Below the pieces are notes generated by a model. That model was not told the DNA's origin, ran no database searches, and saw nothing but the letters and a program-made list of their open reading frames with translations. 24,000 nucleotides of DNA. Origin: Candidatus Calditenuis fumarioli (GTDB lineage: Archaea > Thermoproteota > Nitrososphaeria_A > Caldarchaeales > Calditenuaceae). Of this stretch, positions 1 through 9,551 are shown piece after piece. The translations under genes were made by a program, and so were the position numbers. Location of the stretch: contig JANVYR010000001.1 in the NCBI GenBank assembly GCA_030059665.1, positions 832,087-856,086 of the forward strand, in the 5' to 3' direction. Position 1 is the stretch's first letter; each line of letters opens with the position of its first letter.

Positions 1-21
1 AGCGGGCTGAGCACTGCTCCC

Positions 22-600
22 TCATAGGACCTCCACCTTCGGCAGCGCGAGCGCCCTGATCCTCTCGGCCGCGTCCTTCGCCCGCTCCTCATCGGAAAAG
101 GCCAGCTCGTACCTCCTCCTCTTCCCGGAGGCCGCGACGTCGATCCTGAGGCCGCTTCCTTTGACCCTCACGGTCACCTTGTCCAGATCGGCGTATGGGG
201 CTGCAAATGCCTCGACAAGCCCGCGGAACTTCATCCTCGGCCCGACGTATCTCTCCAGGAAGCGGGTGACGTCCTCAGGTCGGTCGCCGGAGAGCGCGCG
301 CAGCACCTCCTCCCTCTCCTCCCGCCTCTCCCTTTGGCCCAGCAGATCGTACAGGGCGTCGACCAGGACGTTGGTAGCTAAAGTGCCCAGCAGGTCGGTC
401 GCGCTTCCAGGGGTTCCCAGCGGCTTCGCGTAGAGCGACTCCCTCCTCGGGACGACCTCCGAGAGCCTATCCGTCTCCATCTCGATGAGCCTCGCGTCGG
501 TGAAGAGCAGGTAGCAGAGCCTGTAGCAACGGCCCAGCATCCTCAGCGCGAACGTCTCCCGCCACGCCTCGAGCGTCAGCACCACCTTCTCCCCGGTCAT
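22..600 (-). CDS. hypothetical protein, 192 aa, no family recognised
   Basis: Intact ORF from ATG 600 to TGA 22. A GAGGA element (minus strand, 614-610) lies 9 nt upstream of the ATG. Composition is balanced and protein-like, unlike the R/P/G-rich shadow frames. Divergent from lpdA. No catalytic or binding motif recognised by eye. Confidence 0.55.
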   Translation of the reverse strand: MTGEKVVLTLEAWRETFALRMLGRCYRLCYLLFTDARLIEMETDRLSEVVPRRESLYAKPLGTPGSATDLLGTLATNVLVDALYDLLGQRERREEREEVLRALSGDRPEDVTRFLERYVGPRMKFRGLVEAFAAPYADLDKVTVRVKGSGLRIDVAASGKRRRYELAFSDEERAKDAAERIRALALPKVEVL

Positions 601-632
601 CGCGTCCGGTCCTCATCGCGGTCGCTCATCTC

Positions 633-638
633 TTTTAT
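633..638. promoter_or_regulatory. TATA-like box (TTTTAT / ATAAAA) in the 53-bp divergent spacer between the hypothetical gene and lpdA
   Basis: This is the only A/T-rich hexamer in the 601-653 spacer. Its centre lies about 27 nt upstream of in-frame GTG 663 of lpdA and about 36 nt upstream of ATG 600 on the other strand. Confidence 0.3.
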
Positions 639-653
639 GCTACGCGTCCGACG

Positions 654-2078
654 TTGACCGAGGTGCCAGGTTTGGCGAGGTTCGACGCGGTTGTGATCGG
701 AGCCGGCCCAGCGGGCTATCTCGCGGCCCTGAGGCTGGCGCAGCTGGGGAGGTCGGTCGCGGTCGTCGAGCGGGAGAGGGTCGGGGGCGAGTGCCTGAAC
801 TGGGGCTGCATACCCTCGAAGGCGCTGATCGAGGTGGCGGATCTGGTTCACAGGGCCAAGAGGCTCTCGCAGCTGGGGATCGAGGTGGAGGTGCGCCGGA
901 TCTCGATGCCGGAGCTGATCAAATGGAAGGACTCGATCGTCGCGAAGCTGGTCAGGGGGATCGAGACGCTCTTCGACCACTACGGCGTCACCCTCATCAG
1001 GGGAGAGGGAAGGGTCAAGGCCGGCAGGAAAGTGGAGGTCCTCTCCGGGAACGGAAGGTCCGAGGTCGAGGCTGGGTCCGTGCTCCTCGCGGTGGGCTCG
1101 GTTCCCGTTACGATCCCCCAGATCCCCTTCGACGGCCGGAGGGTCATCGGCTTCAGGGAGGCGCTGTCGCTGGAGGAGGTGCCCTCGAGGCTCCTGGTGG
1201 TCGGCGGCGGAGCCATAGGCCTTGAGATGGCCTTCGCCTTCAGGAAGCTCGGATCCGAAGTGACCGTCGTCGAGCTCATGGACCGGGTTCTCCCGGCGAT
1301 GGACCCCGCCGTCTCCCGAGCGGTCCAGAGGAGCCTCGAGAGGCTCGGCGTCAGGACGCTGCTGAGGTCGACGGTCTCGTCATCGGAACCCAGAGGCGAC
1401 TCGGTCAGCGTCAGGATCGCGACGCCGAACGGCGAGCTGACGGAGGATTTCGACAGGGTGCTGGTCGCTGTGGGGAAGAGGGCGCCGGAGCTCCCGGTCG
1501 AGGGCTCAATCGGGCTCGAGCTGGACCAGCGCGGGTTCGTGAGGGTCGATGAGGCGATGAGGACGAACGTCGAATGGATTTGGGCCGCGGGCGACGTCAC
1601 AGGGCCTCCATTCCTCGCCCACAGGGCATACCGGCAGGGGCTCGTCGCGGCCGAGTCGATCGCCGGTAGGGTGACCACTTGGGCTCCGAAGTCCTACCCC
1701 GTTGCCGTCTTCACGGACCCGGAGGCCGCGTCGGTGGGGATGACGGAGGAGGAGGCATCGCGTTCCGGAAGGAGGTTCAGGTCCTTCGTCTTCCCGCTCG
1801 CCGCGCTCGGGAGGGCCCACACGGTCGGCGACGCGGAGGGCTTCGTGAAGGTCCTGCTGGAGGAGGGGACCGACGAGCTCCTCGGAGTCCACGTGGTGGG
1901 CCCGCACGCCTCTGAGCTGATCTCCGAGGCCTCGCTCGCGATGGAGAACCTGATGACACCCGATGACTTCCTGAGGGGAGTGAGGCCACACCCGACCTTC
2001 TCTGAGGCTCTGGCTGAGGCGGTGGAGCTCGCGCTCGGCAGGCCTCTTCACGTTGCCCTCAGAAAGGGCTCCTCCTGA
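654..2078 (+). CDS. lpdA: dihydrolipoyl (dihydrolipoamide) dehydrogenase, E3 component
   Basis: N-terminal FAD dinucleotide fold VVIGAGPAGY. Redox-active disulfide GGECLNWGCIPSK. Second GxGxxG (VVGGGAIGLE). C-terminal dimerisation/His-Glu region (HPTFSEAL). The start is ambiguous: TTG 654 from the ORF track, or in-frame GTG 663, which the TATA spacing favours. Confidence 0.93.
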   Translation: MTEVPGLARFDAVVIGAGPAGYLAALRLAQLGRSVAVVERERVGGECLNWGCIPSKALIEVADLVHRAKRLSQLGIEVEVRRISMPELIKWKDSIVAKLVRGIETLFDHYGVTLIRGEGRVKAGRKVEVLSGNGRSEVEAGSVLLAVGSVPVTIPQIPFDGRRVIGFREALSLEEVPSRLLVVGGGAIGLEMAFAFRKLGSEVTVVELMDRVLPAMDPAVSRAVQRSLERLGVRTLLRSTVSSSEPRGDSVSVRIATPNGELTEDFDRVLVAVGKRAPELPVEGSIGLELDQRGFVRVDEAMRTNVEWIWAAGDVTGPPFLAHRAYRQGLVAAESIAGRVTTWAPKSYPVAVFTDPEAASVGMTEEEASRSGRRFRSFVFPLAALGRAHTVGDAEGFVKVLLEEGTDELLGVHVVGPHASELISEASLAMENLMTPDDFLRGVRPHPTFSEALAEAVELALGRPLHVALRKGSS

Positions 2079-2730
2079 CGGAATCCAGCTGGACCTCGAG
2101 GAACACCGGGATGGCCGAGAGGATGTCTCCCAGCTCCCTGGCGAAGGCCTCCGCGAACTCCCTCACGCCGACCTCAATCCCGAGCTCGCGATGGAGAGAG
2201 GTCATCACGTCCGAGGGCATGCCGCAGGGCATGATGGCGTTGAACTTCGAGAGGTCAGTGGTCAGGTTCACCGCTATTCCGTGGAAGCTGACACCTCCTT
2301 TGATCGAGAGGCCGATAGAGGCGACCTTCCTACCCGAGACCCAGACTCCGGGCTTCCCCTCCACTCGACCGGCGTTCAGGCCGTAGCGCCTCAGCGCCCT
2401 GATGGCCGCTTCCTCCAGGACGTTGACGAGCTCCCTCGGACCGAGCCCCCAGTCTTCGAGACGGATTATCGGGTAAGCCACCAGCTGTCCCGGACCGTGA
2501 TAGGTGGGACCTCCGGCCCGCTCCACGTGGTGGACTGGGTGCTGGGGCCACAGCAGGTGCTCCGGCCTGGAGTTGCGTCCGAGCGTGTAGACGTGATCGT
2601 GCTCCGTCATCAGGACCACGTCATCGCCAGATCCAGAAACCCTCTCCTGGACCAGCTCCAGCATCAGCCTGTGGGCCTCGGAGTACTCGGTCCTGCCGAG
2701 CCACCAGAACCTGAGCTCACGCGTTCCCAT
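2059..2730 (-). CDS. lipB: octanoyltransferase (lipoyl(octanoyl) transferase)
   Basis: LipB signatures are present: [16 protein letters not shown], the catalytic Lys context KVASIGLSI and the catalytic Cys context MPCGM. ATG 2730 overlaps the lipA stop by 14 nt. The 3' end overlaps the lpdA 3' end by 20 nt (convergent). Confidence 0.9.
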   Translation of the reverse strand: MGTRELRFWWLGRTEYSEAHRLMLELVQERVSGSGDDVVLMTEHDHVYTLGRNSRPEHLLWPQHPVHHVERAGGPTYHGPGQLVAYPIIRLEDWGLGPRELVNVLEEAAIRALRRYGLNAGRVEGKPGVWVSGRKVASIGLSIKGGVSFHGIAVNLTTDLSKFNAIMPCGMPSDVMTSLHRELGIEVGVREFAEAFARELGDILSAIPVFLEVQLDSVRRSPF

Positions 2731-3619
2731 CCGCCCTCCTCCTCAGCAGGGCCCTCACATAGGCCTCTCCCGCGAGATAGGAGCTCCTCACCAGCGGCCC
2801 AGAGGCGACGTAGAGGAACCCGAGTCCGTAGGCCATCCGCTCGAGGCGGCTGAACCTCTCCGGCGTCACGTACTCGACCACCGGCAGGTAGAGCGGTGAG
2901 TCCAGCGGCCTCAGGTACTGGCCCATCGTGACGATGTCGACCCCGACGGACCTCAGCTCCCTCAGCGCCTCGAGCACCTCCTCGTCCGTCTCGCCGAGGC
3001 CTAGCATCAGCGATGACTTCGTCAGGACCTCCGGCCTGAGCTCCTTCACGGTCCTCAGGACCCAGAGCGACCTGTCGAAGGAGGCCCTCCTGTCCCTGAC
3101 GAGGGGCGTGAGCCTCCGCACGGTCTCGACGTTGTGGCCGATCACGTCCGGTCCGGACCTCACCACCAGCTCGAGCGCCTCGGGGTCTCCGCCGAAGTCG
3201 GGTATCAGAGTCTCTACGAGGATCGATGGATCAGCGCGCTTGATCGCCCTGACGGTCTCCGCGAAGACCGATGCTCCTCCGTCGGGTAGGTCGTCCCGGC
3301 AGACGGAGGTGATCACCACGTAGCTCAGCCCCAGCTCCGCCACCGCCCCGGCCACCCTCTCCGGCTCGTCGTGGTCGATGACGCCTTTCGGGTTTCCGTG
3401 CGTAACAGCGCAGAACCTGCAGCCCCTGGTGCAGAGGTCTCCCAGGATCATGAAGGTGGCCGTCCCGGAACCCCAGCACTCGCCCACGTTGGGGCAGAGG
3501 GCCGACTGGCAGACGGTGTGGAGCCGGTACCTCCTCACGACGTCCCTGACCCGCTCGTAGGTGGGCCCCACGGGGAGCCTTACCTTCAGCCAGGGAGGCT
3601 TCGCTAGCGCAGTTCCCAT
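2717..3619 (-). CDS. lipA: lipoyl synthase (radical SAM)
   Basis: Auxiliary-cluster motif [12 protein letters not shown] (CX4CX5C) and radical-SAM motif CTRGCRFC (CX3CX2C) are both present. The N-terminus [10 protein letters not shown] is typical of LipA. The ORF track starts at GTG 3634. I prefer ATG 3619 because a TATA-like CTTTAG (3651-3646, minus) is centred about 27 nt upstream of it. Confidence 0.92.
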   Translation of the reverse strand: MGTALAKPPWLKVRLPVGPTYERVRDVVRRYRLHTVCQSALCPNVGECWGSGTATFMILGDLCTRGCRFCAVTHGNPKGVIDHDEPERVAGAVAELGLSYVVITSVCRDDLPDGGASVFAETVRAIKRADPSILVETLIPDFGGDPEALELVVRSGPDVIGHNVETVRRLTPLVRDRRASFDRSLWVLRTVKELRPEVLTKSSLMLGLGETDEEVLEALRELRSVGVDIVTMGQYLRPLDSPLYLPVVEYVTPERFSRLERMAYGLGFLYVASGPLVRSSYLAGEAYVRALLRRRADGNA

Positions 3620-3686
3620 CCGGGAGCTAAACACGCTCAGCCCGGCTAAAGGCTTGCGGTCAGCAGTCGCCCTTCTGAGAGCTCAG

Positions 3687-4577
3687 CTAACCCCTGACGA
3701 CCAGCTCGACGTCGTTGCCGTCCTGGTCCTTCACGACGAAGCCGTATCGGCCAGCCAACGGCTCCGGGTCCTCGGAGATCCTCACGTTCATCGACCTGAG
3801 GTGCGCCAGAAGGTCCTCGAGGCTTCGCTCGTCGGGCAGTAGGAGGGAGAAGGAGAGGAGCCTCACCGATTCGGGAGGCGGACGGGGAGCGTCGATCCCG
3901 GCCCAGACGTTGGCGCCCACGTGGTGGTGGTAATCGCCCGCGGCGAAGAAGAGGGCTCCGTACCTGCTCCAGTCGAAGGTCACGTTCATGCCGAGCGCTC
4001 CTCGGTAGAAGGCCCTCGCCCTCTCGAGACGTGAGACGTGCAGGTGGACGTGGCCCATCACCGTTCCCTCCGGCAGCCGGTAACCCTCGCCGGGGACGTC
4101 GTCCTCGTCCCTCAGCTCCGAGAGCAGGGACCTCAAATCCAGGGGCAAAGTGTCCATGCTGAGCTCTCCGGTGGGAAGCCTCCTCCAGGTGCTCCTCGGC
4201 CGGTCGGCGTAGACCTCGATTCCGTGACCGTCAGGGTCGGAGAGGTAGAGGGCCTCGCTGACGAGGTGGTCAGACGCTCCGTGGAGGAACCAGCGCTCAG
4301 AGATCCTGAGGTAGGCCCTCGCGAGCTCCCTCCTGCTGGGCAGAAGGACCGCGAAGTGGTAGAGGCCGGTCGACCTCTGGGGCTTGGGCCTCGCTCCTCT
4401 CTGCTCCCTCAGCGCCACCAGCGGCTCGCTCCCGGCCCCCATCACGACCTCCTCGCCCGAGTCCCGGAGCTTGACCATCCCCAGCACCTCCCGGTAGAAG
4501 GCGATCGAGCGCTCGACGTCCGAGACGGATAGCCTCACCCAGCCCGGCCTCGTCCTCGGGTCTATCGCGAACCCCAA
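3687..4577 (-). CDS. two-module VOC-family protein (glyoxalase / extradiol dioxygenase-like, catechol 2,3-dioxygenase-like)
   Basis: Two tandem VOC modules, each opening with the typical strand-helix pattern (VRLSVSDVERSIAFYREVLGM and MGHVHLHVSRLERARAFYRGALGM) and carrying His/Glu metal-ligand candidates. TTG start at 4577, with a TATA-like CTTAAT (4609-4604, minus) centred about 27-29 nt upstream. Confidence 0.75.
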   Translation of the reverse strand: MGFAIDPRTRPGWVRLSVSDVERSIAFYREVLGMVKLRDSGEEVVMGAGSEPLVALREQRGARPKPQRSTGLYHFAVLLPSRRELARAYLRISERWFLHGASDHLVSEALYLSDPDGHGIEVYADRPRSTWRRLPTGELSMDTLPLDLRSLLSELRDEDDVPGEGYRLPEGTVMGHVHLHVSRLERARAFYRGALGMNVTFDWSRYGALFFAAGDYHHHVGANVWAGIDAPRPPPESVRLLSFSLLLPDERSLEDLLAHLRSMNVRISEDPEPLAGRYGFVVKDQDGNDVELVVRG

Positions 4578-4636
4578 CCCGGATCGAGCTCGCTGGCCAG
4601 GGCATTAAGCCGAGCGGTTCCGCTGGACATCAGGCG

Positions 4637-5752
4637 TCATCCGCGAAACCTGGTGGGGTCCAGGACCGGGGGTATCAGACCGGCCCTGATGGCGTGGTCC
4701 GCGAGCACGATGCCCACCATCGACTCGACCACGGGTACGGCCCTCGGGCCTATGACCGGGTCGTGCCTGCCGGTGACGACGACCTCCTCCTCTCTCATCG
4801 TGGAGAGGTTCAGGGTCCTCTGCGGCTTCGAGATCGATGCGGGAGGCTTGAAGGCCACCCTCACGAGGATCTCTCGTCCGGTGGAGAGGCCCCCGACGAT
4901 GCCTCCGGCGTTGTTCGTCCTCGGCAACACCTTTCCGTCGACCAGCGTAAGGGGGTCGTTGTTCTCGGAGCCCCTGCTGCCCACTGCCCGGAATCCCCTC
5001 CCGAACTCCACACCTTTGACCGCGGGGATTGCGAAGAGCGCCCTTGCGATGTCCGCATCGAGGGAGGAGAAGACGGGTTCGCCGAGGCCTACGGGAACGT
5101 TCACCGCGATGCACTCCACCAGGCTCCCTATGCTGTCGCCTGAGGCCCTCACCTGCTTGATCAGCTCGACCATGCGGGCCGCGGTCTCCTCATCGGGGCA
5201 CCTCACCTCGTTCGAGTAGCGCTTCTCCCTGATCTCGTCTACCGTGAGCTCGGGTGCCACAACTTCTCCCACCTGCTTCACGTACGCCATCACCTCGATC
5301 CCGAGCGTGACCCTGAGGAGCTTCAGCGCAACAGCACCTGCCATCACGAAGCCCGCGGTTATCCTCCCCGAGAACCTCCCTCCTCCCCGGTAGTCGTTGA
5401 AGCCTCCGTACCTCACCCTGGCGAAGTAGTCGGCGTGCCCCGGCCTCGGGACGTTCAGGAGCCTCTCGTAGCTCCTCGAGTCGACGTCCCTGTTCCAGAC
5501 GACCATCGCGATCGGAGCTCCTGTCGTGTGTCCCCTGAAGACGCCGCTGAGTATTTCCACCCTGTCCTCCTCCCTCCTCGGGGTTGCGATGGCCGACTGG
5601 CCGGGCCTCCTCAGGTCGAGGAGCGGTTGGACGTCCTCCTCCGACAGCGGAAGGCCGGCTGGGCACCCGTCGATGACCACCCCGACGCACCTCCCGTGGC
5701 TCTCGCCGAAGCTGACCACCACGAACCGCTCGCCGAGCACGTTACCCGGCAT
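4637..5752 (-). CDS. aroC: chorismate synthase
   Basis: The N-terminus GERFVVVSFGESHGRCVGVVIDGCPAGL, followed by LRRPGQS and SGVFRGHTTGAPI, is a canonical AroC signature. The ORF track extends to 5911. ATG 5752 gives a normal 371-aa protein and overlaps the aroA stop by 11 nt. Confidence 0.93.
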   Translation of the reverse strand: MPGNVLGERFVVVSFGESHGRCVGVVIDGCPAGLPLSEEDVQPLLDLRRPGQSAIATPRREEDRVEILSGVFRGHTTGAPIAMVVWNRDVDSRSYERLLNVPRPGHADYFARVRYGGFNDYRGGGRFSGRITAGFVMAGAVALKLLRVTLGIEVMAYVKQVGEVVAPELTVDEIREKRYSNEVRCPDEETAARMVELIKQVRASGDSIGSLVECIAVNVPVGLGEPVFSSLDADIARALFAIPAVKGVEFGRGFRAVGSRGSENNDPLTLVDGKVLPRTNNAGGIVGGLSTGREILVRVAFKPPASISKPQRTLNLSTMREEEVVVTGRHDPVIGPRAVPVVESMVGIVLADHAIRAGLIPPVLDPTRFRG

Positions 5753-7028
5753 CCCTGACCTCCACCTCGCAACCCACCGCCGAGAGGTCCCTGAGGAAGT
5801 TCGGGTAGGAGACGTCCACCGACTCGACGCCGAGCGTGGCCACCTTGCCCTGTGAGGCGAGCGAGAGGAGAGCGAAGGCCATGAAGAGCCTGTGGTCCCC
5901 CTCCGGGTCAAGAACGGCCTCCCTCAGCTCTGCACCTCTGACCACCAGACCGTCCCTTTTCTCCTCGACCGATGCTCCCGCCTTTGAGAGCTCCCTCGCC
6001 AGAACCGCGATCCTGTCGGTCTCCTTGTACCTCGCGTGACCGACGCCTGAGACGATCGTCTCGCCTTCGGCGAAGCACGCCAGCACTGCGACCACCGGAA
6101 GGAGGTCCGGAGCGTCCCGGAGGTCGACGTGGACTCCGTGGAGGTCGGACCCGAAGACCTCGACGTAGTTCTCACCCTCCCTGAACCTCGCTCCCATTTC
6201 GCGGAGGACCTCGAGGATCGCGGCGTCGGCCTGAGGCAGCGACCGGTCGAGGTTCCAGACCCTGACAGATCCCCCCATGAGCAGCGGCACGGCCATCAGG
6301 AACGCGGCCAGCCCGTAGTCGCCCGGCACGGCGAACTCCCTAGCCCTCAGACCTCCGCCCTCGACGAGGACCCTGCTGCCCTCGAGCGAGACGCGTCCTC
6401 CGAAGCGGCGGACCACCTCGCACGTGGCCTCGATGTAGGGCCTCGAGACGACCTCGCCCGTCAGGCTCACCTCCAGCGCCCCATCGGAGGCGGAGCCAGC
6501 CACGATCAGCCCGGAGACGAACTGGCTGCTCACGTCGCCCCTCATCGCGCACTTTCCCCTCAGGCCCCCTTCGCCCTTCACCACGACCGGAGCGCAGCCG
6601 TTGTTCCTCGTTGACCAGGCCTCCACGCCCAACTGCCCGAGCGCCTCGAGGAGCGGCCCCATCGGCCTCCTCCTCAGGCTACCGTCGCCGGTTAGGACCG
6701 TGTAACCGCCCTCGACCAGCGAGGCCACGGCGGTGGCGATCCTGAGCGTGGTCCCCGAGTTCATCGCGTCGATGACGTCCTCCGGTACCTGAGGCCTCTC
6801 CACGCCCTCCACGACCAGCAGTCCCTCCCTCTGGTCAACCTGAGCTCCGAAGGCCCTGACCGCGTTGATGGTGGCCACCGTGTCCCTCGAGATCAGGGGA
6901 GACCTGACGGTGGAGGTTCCGTCCGAGAGCGAGGCGACGAAGACGGCCCTGTGCGTGTAGCTCTTCGAGGGCGGTGCCGTCACGTCACCGAATACCTCCT
7001 CCCTCTGCCTGACCCTGACCAGCTTCAT
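5742..7028 (-). CDS. aroA: 3-phosphoshikimate 1-carboxyvinyltransferase (EPSP synthase)
   Basis: N-terminal motif GDVTAPPSKSYTHRA. The 428-aa length is typical. ATG 7028 forms an ATGA overlap with the aroE stop (7025-7028). The 119-codon upstream extension in the ORF track is R/G-rich and lies inside aroE. Confidence 0.92.
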   Translation of the reverse strand: MKLVRVRQREEVFGDVTAPPSKSYTHRAVFVASLSDGTSTVRSPLISRDTVATINAVRAFGAQVDQREGLLVVEGVERPQVPEDVIDAMNSGTTLRIATAVASLVEGGYTVLTGDGSLRRRPMGPLLEALGQLGVEAWSTRNNGCAPVVVKGEGGLRGKCAMRGDVSSQFVSGLIVAGSASDGALEVSLTGEVVSRPYIEATCEVVRRFGGRVSLEGSRVLVEGGGLRAREFAVPGDYGLAAFLMAVPLLMGGSVRVWNLDRSLPQADAAILEVLREMGARFREGENYVEVFGSDLHGVHVDLRDAPDLLPVVAVLACFAEGETIVSGVGHARYKETDRIAVLARELSKAGASVEEKRDGLVVRGAELREAVLDPEGDHRLFMAFALLSLASQGKVATLGVESVDVSYPNFLRDLSAVGCEVEVRDAG

Positions 7029-7867
7029 CCGCCCGACCACCGGACGCATGACCTCGCTATATGCTCCATCAGCCGGTGTCCCGGGTCGATCCCTGTCCAG
7101 AGCCTGAAGGAGTGGGCCGCCTGCCTCGCCAGCACCTCGATCCCGTCGACGACCTCGCATCCCGCCGCCCTCCCCAGCCTCGTCGCCGGCGGCTCGCCGG
7201 TCCTCGAGTAGACCAGGTCGACCAGGAAGGCGACCCCCCTGAGGTCCTCGACGTCGAGAGGGAGGTCCGCGTCGTGCGAGAGGCCCGCGGGTATCGCGTT
7301 CACCACCACCTCGGCTCCCCTCACCACGCGTCCCAGCTCCGACAGCGGCGCGAACCTCGCCGGAACACCGAACCTCTCCCCGCACGTCCTGGACAGCTCG
7401 AGGCCCCTCGACTCGGTCCTGTTGACGACCACCACTTCTCGGGCCCCTGTCCTTGCGAGCGCGTACGCAGCTGCCCTCGCAGCACCGCCAGCACCTATCA
7501 GAACGGCCCTCCGGAACCCCACCGCACCCCTCTCCCTCAGCGCCTCCTCTACGGCGACCCAGTCGGTGTTGTGGCCCTCCCAGCCGTCAGGCGTCCTGAC
7601 GAGGACGTTGACAGCACCGATCGCCTCGGCGTCCCGCGAGACCCTTACCGAGCACCGGAAGGCCTCCTCCTTGTGGGGGATCGTCACGTTAAGCCCGAGG
7701 AACCCGAGGTCGTGGAGGGACCTGAGGACGCTCCTGACAGCCTCTCGTTCTGAGACGTCGATGGCCACGTACCTGTGCGGCAGCCCCTTGATCAGACAGG
7801 TGACGGAGTGGATGACCGGCGAGAGGGAGTGCGATACGGGATGGCCTATCAGCCCGAGTAGCGCCAT
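7025..7867 (-). CDS. aroE: shikimate 5-dehydrogenase
   Basis: Motifs GLIGHPVSHSLSPVIHS, LNVTIPHKE, NTD and the NADP fold GAGGAARAAAYAL. ATG 7867 gives 280 aa and overlaps the aroD 3' end by 19 nt. Confidence 0.9.
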   Translation of the reverse strand: MALLGLIGHPVSHSLSPVIHSVTCLIKGLPHRYVAIDVSEREAVRSVLRSLHDLGFLGLNVTIPHKEEAFRCSVRVSRDAEAIGAVNVLVRTPDGWEGHNTDWVAVEEALRERGAVGFRRAVLIGAGGAARAAAYALARTGAREVVVVNRTESRGLELSRTCGERFGVPARFAPLSELGRVVRGAEVVVNAIPAGLSHDADLPLDVEDLRGVAFLVDLVYSRTGEPPATRLGRAAGCEVVDGIEVLARQAAHSFRLWTGIDPGHRLMEHIARSCVRWSGG

Positions 7868-8568
7868 GCTCCCAACAGCTCCGAGAGCGAGTGGGCGGCC
7901 CTCCTCGTCTCCTCGACCGTCATCTGTCCCGGAGCGACCTCCATCCCCTGAAGTGCGGCGTACGCGAAGGGAGCTCCGAGGACGAGGCTGAGGGGCCTCG
8001 TGAAGGCGTACTCCTTCCCGACGGAGAAGGCGATCAGGTTCCCCTTCGACCAAGGGAGGCTGTGGTACAGCGAGAGCGTGGCGATCGCTCCCACGAGCGA
8101 CGAGGGCCTGGTGACGACCTTGACCAGGTCGCCGTGCTCCCTCAGGGCATGGGCCAGCTCCGCGAGCTTCTCCGGGTCGGAGCCGTTGGGGCCGAGGTGC
8201 GCAGATGCGATGACCCTTGACCTTCCGAGCTCGGCCACGACCTGCCTGACCTGCTCGTGTCCGAGAGCGTGGGAGTCCACGTCGATCAGGTCCGATCTGG
8301 GACCGACCCTCCTGAGGACGTCAGCGGCCTCTTCCGGTCCCCCCGAGAACCTCCCTCCCTCCGCGGAGCTCCTGAGGGTTGCGACGGTCTCGATGCCGAG
8401 CGACCTCACCTCCCTGAGCGTGACATCGGCCTGATCGAGCCGATCGAGGTAGTCGATCCTCAGCTCCACCATGTCGGCCCCCTCTTCCTGCGCCCTCCTC
8501 GCCAGCTCCACCATCCGGCGGTGGCCCCCGGACGCAATCGAGACGCAGACCCTGTACCTCAAGCGCAT
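7849..8568 (-). CDS. aroD: 3-dehydroquinate dehydratase, type I
   Basis: Type I DHQase pattern: ELRIDYL, TLRSSAEGG and the Schiff-base Lys context DLVKVV. The ATG shares one nucleotide with the upstream aroB' stop (TGATG at 8566-8570). Confidence 0.88.
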   Translation of the reverse strand: MRLRYRVCVSIASGGHRRMVELARRAQEEGADMVELRIDYLDRLDQADVTLREVRSLGIETVATLRSSAEGGRFSGGPEEAADVLRRVGPRSDLIDVDSHALGHEQVRQVVAELGRSRVIASAHLGPNGSDPEKLAELAHALREHGDLVKVVTRPSSLVGAIATLSLYHSLPWSKGNLIAFSVGKEYAFTRPLSLVLGAPFAYAALQGMEVAPGQMTVEETRRAAHSLSELLGAWRYSG

Positions 8569-9551
8569 CAGACCTCGTCGATGAACTCCTCGACGGCGAT
8601 CCCCATGTGCCTCGCGGCTTTCTCGGACACCCTCACCAGGACCTCGTCGCCCTGGGAGAGGGAGGTGACGTCTAGGACCTCGCCCTTGGGGCTGACCAGC
8701 CTGATGGTCTCAGCCTTCTGGAGCGCGACCGACCCGGTGACGCCGTTCACCTCCGCGATCACGTTCACCAGCGGCCTCCGCTCGACCTTCACCCTCCCGA
8801 CCGAGACGATCCTGGTGGAGCCATCGACCGAGACCATCAAAACCCTAGACCCCGACCTGAGCTCGGAGAGGTAGTAGGTCCTCTCGGAGGGCCCGAGGAC
8901 GTAGCACTGGACGGATCCCGCGTTCACCCGGAAGGGCCTTGGTGGGGTCATCCGGCTGCCGATCGACTCGTTGTGGACGAGGAAGAGCATCCTCGCCATG
9001 TTCCCCACCAGCATTCCCTCGCCCGGCCTCAGCAGCGAGTTGGTGTCGACGCACGCCCTCTCGCCGGGACCGAGGCCCACGACGTCCTTTACCCTCGCGG
9101 CCCTGAGCTCCAACCTTCTGGGCGTCTCGACGAGCTCCCGGACGTAGTGAAGCTCCGAGAGGAGGTCCCTGGGGACCACGATCCCGTCAACTCCCCTCTC
9201 CAGGACGTGGATTAGGTCCTCGACCTCCTGGACGCTCCTCGCCCTCGCGAAGACCCTGACGCCCCTTCCCTGAAGGGCCGCTATCACGTTCTCGAGCGCT
9301 ATGATCCTCAGCTCCTCCGGCTCCACCAGGACCGCCTCCGTCCCCGGTCCGAGCGACCTGAGCATCGCCTCCACGTCCTTCTGGTCCCTGATCCTGAAGG
9401 TCTGCAATGAGCTGGGATTGTAGACGCGGATGCCGGCGTTCGCCGGTCCAACGTCGCCCAGCACCGCGTCGGCCCCGGCCTCGACGGCCCTCCTCAGGTC
9501 CTCCTCGCCGCCGACCTCTGCGATTAACTCCTTCCGCCTACCTCCGGACAT
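8568..9551 (-). CDS. aroB': 3-dehydroquinate synthase II (archaeal type)
   Basis: The family-typical block LLRPGEGMLVGN...FLVHNES...RPFRVNAGSVQCY matches archaeal DHQ synthase II. Its position between the ADH synthase gene and aroD fits. Overlaps the upstream gene by 14 nt. Confidence 0.85.
   Translation of the reverse strand: MSGGRRKELIAEVGGEEDLRRAVEAGADAVLGDVGPANAGIRVYNPSSLQTFRIRDQKDVEAMLRSLGPGTEAVLVEPEELRIIALENVIAALQGRGVRVFARARSVQEVEDLIHVLERGVDGIVVPRDLLSELHYVRELVETPRRLELRAARVKDVVGLGPGERACVDTNSLLRPGEGMLVGNMARMLFLVHNESIGSRMTPPRPFRVNAGSVQCYVLGPSERTYYLSELRSGSRVLMVSVDGSTRIVSVGRVKVERRPLVNVIAEVNGVTGSVALQKAETIRLVSPKGEVLDVTSLSQGDEVLVRVSEKAARHMGIAVEEFIDEV

Noticed and set aside
2053-2853. 266-aa plus-strand ORF across lipB/lipA
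   Set aside because: It is antisense to two well-supported genes, has shadow-frame composition (P/R/G/H-rich) and no motifs.
7029-7385. Long N-terminal extensions of ORF-track entries: aroA to 7385, aroC to 5911, aroE to 8053, asd to 11499, leuB to 12174, rps9 to 14747, rps2 to 17089, protease to 20527, GT2 to 22509
   Set aside because: The extensions overlap upstream genes or the tRNA and have shadow-frame composition. Internal ATG/GTG codons give family-typical N-termini and lengths, and these starts coincide with translational-coupling overlaps or with TATA boxes at about -27.
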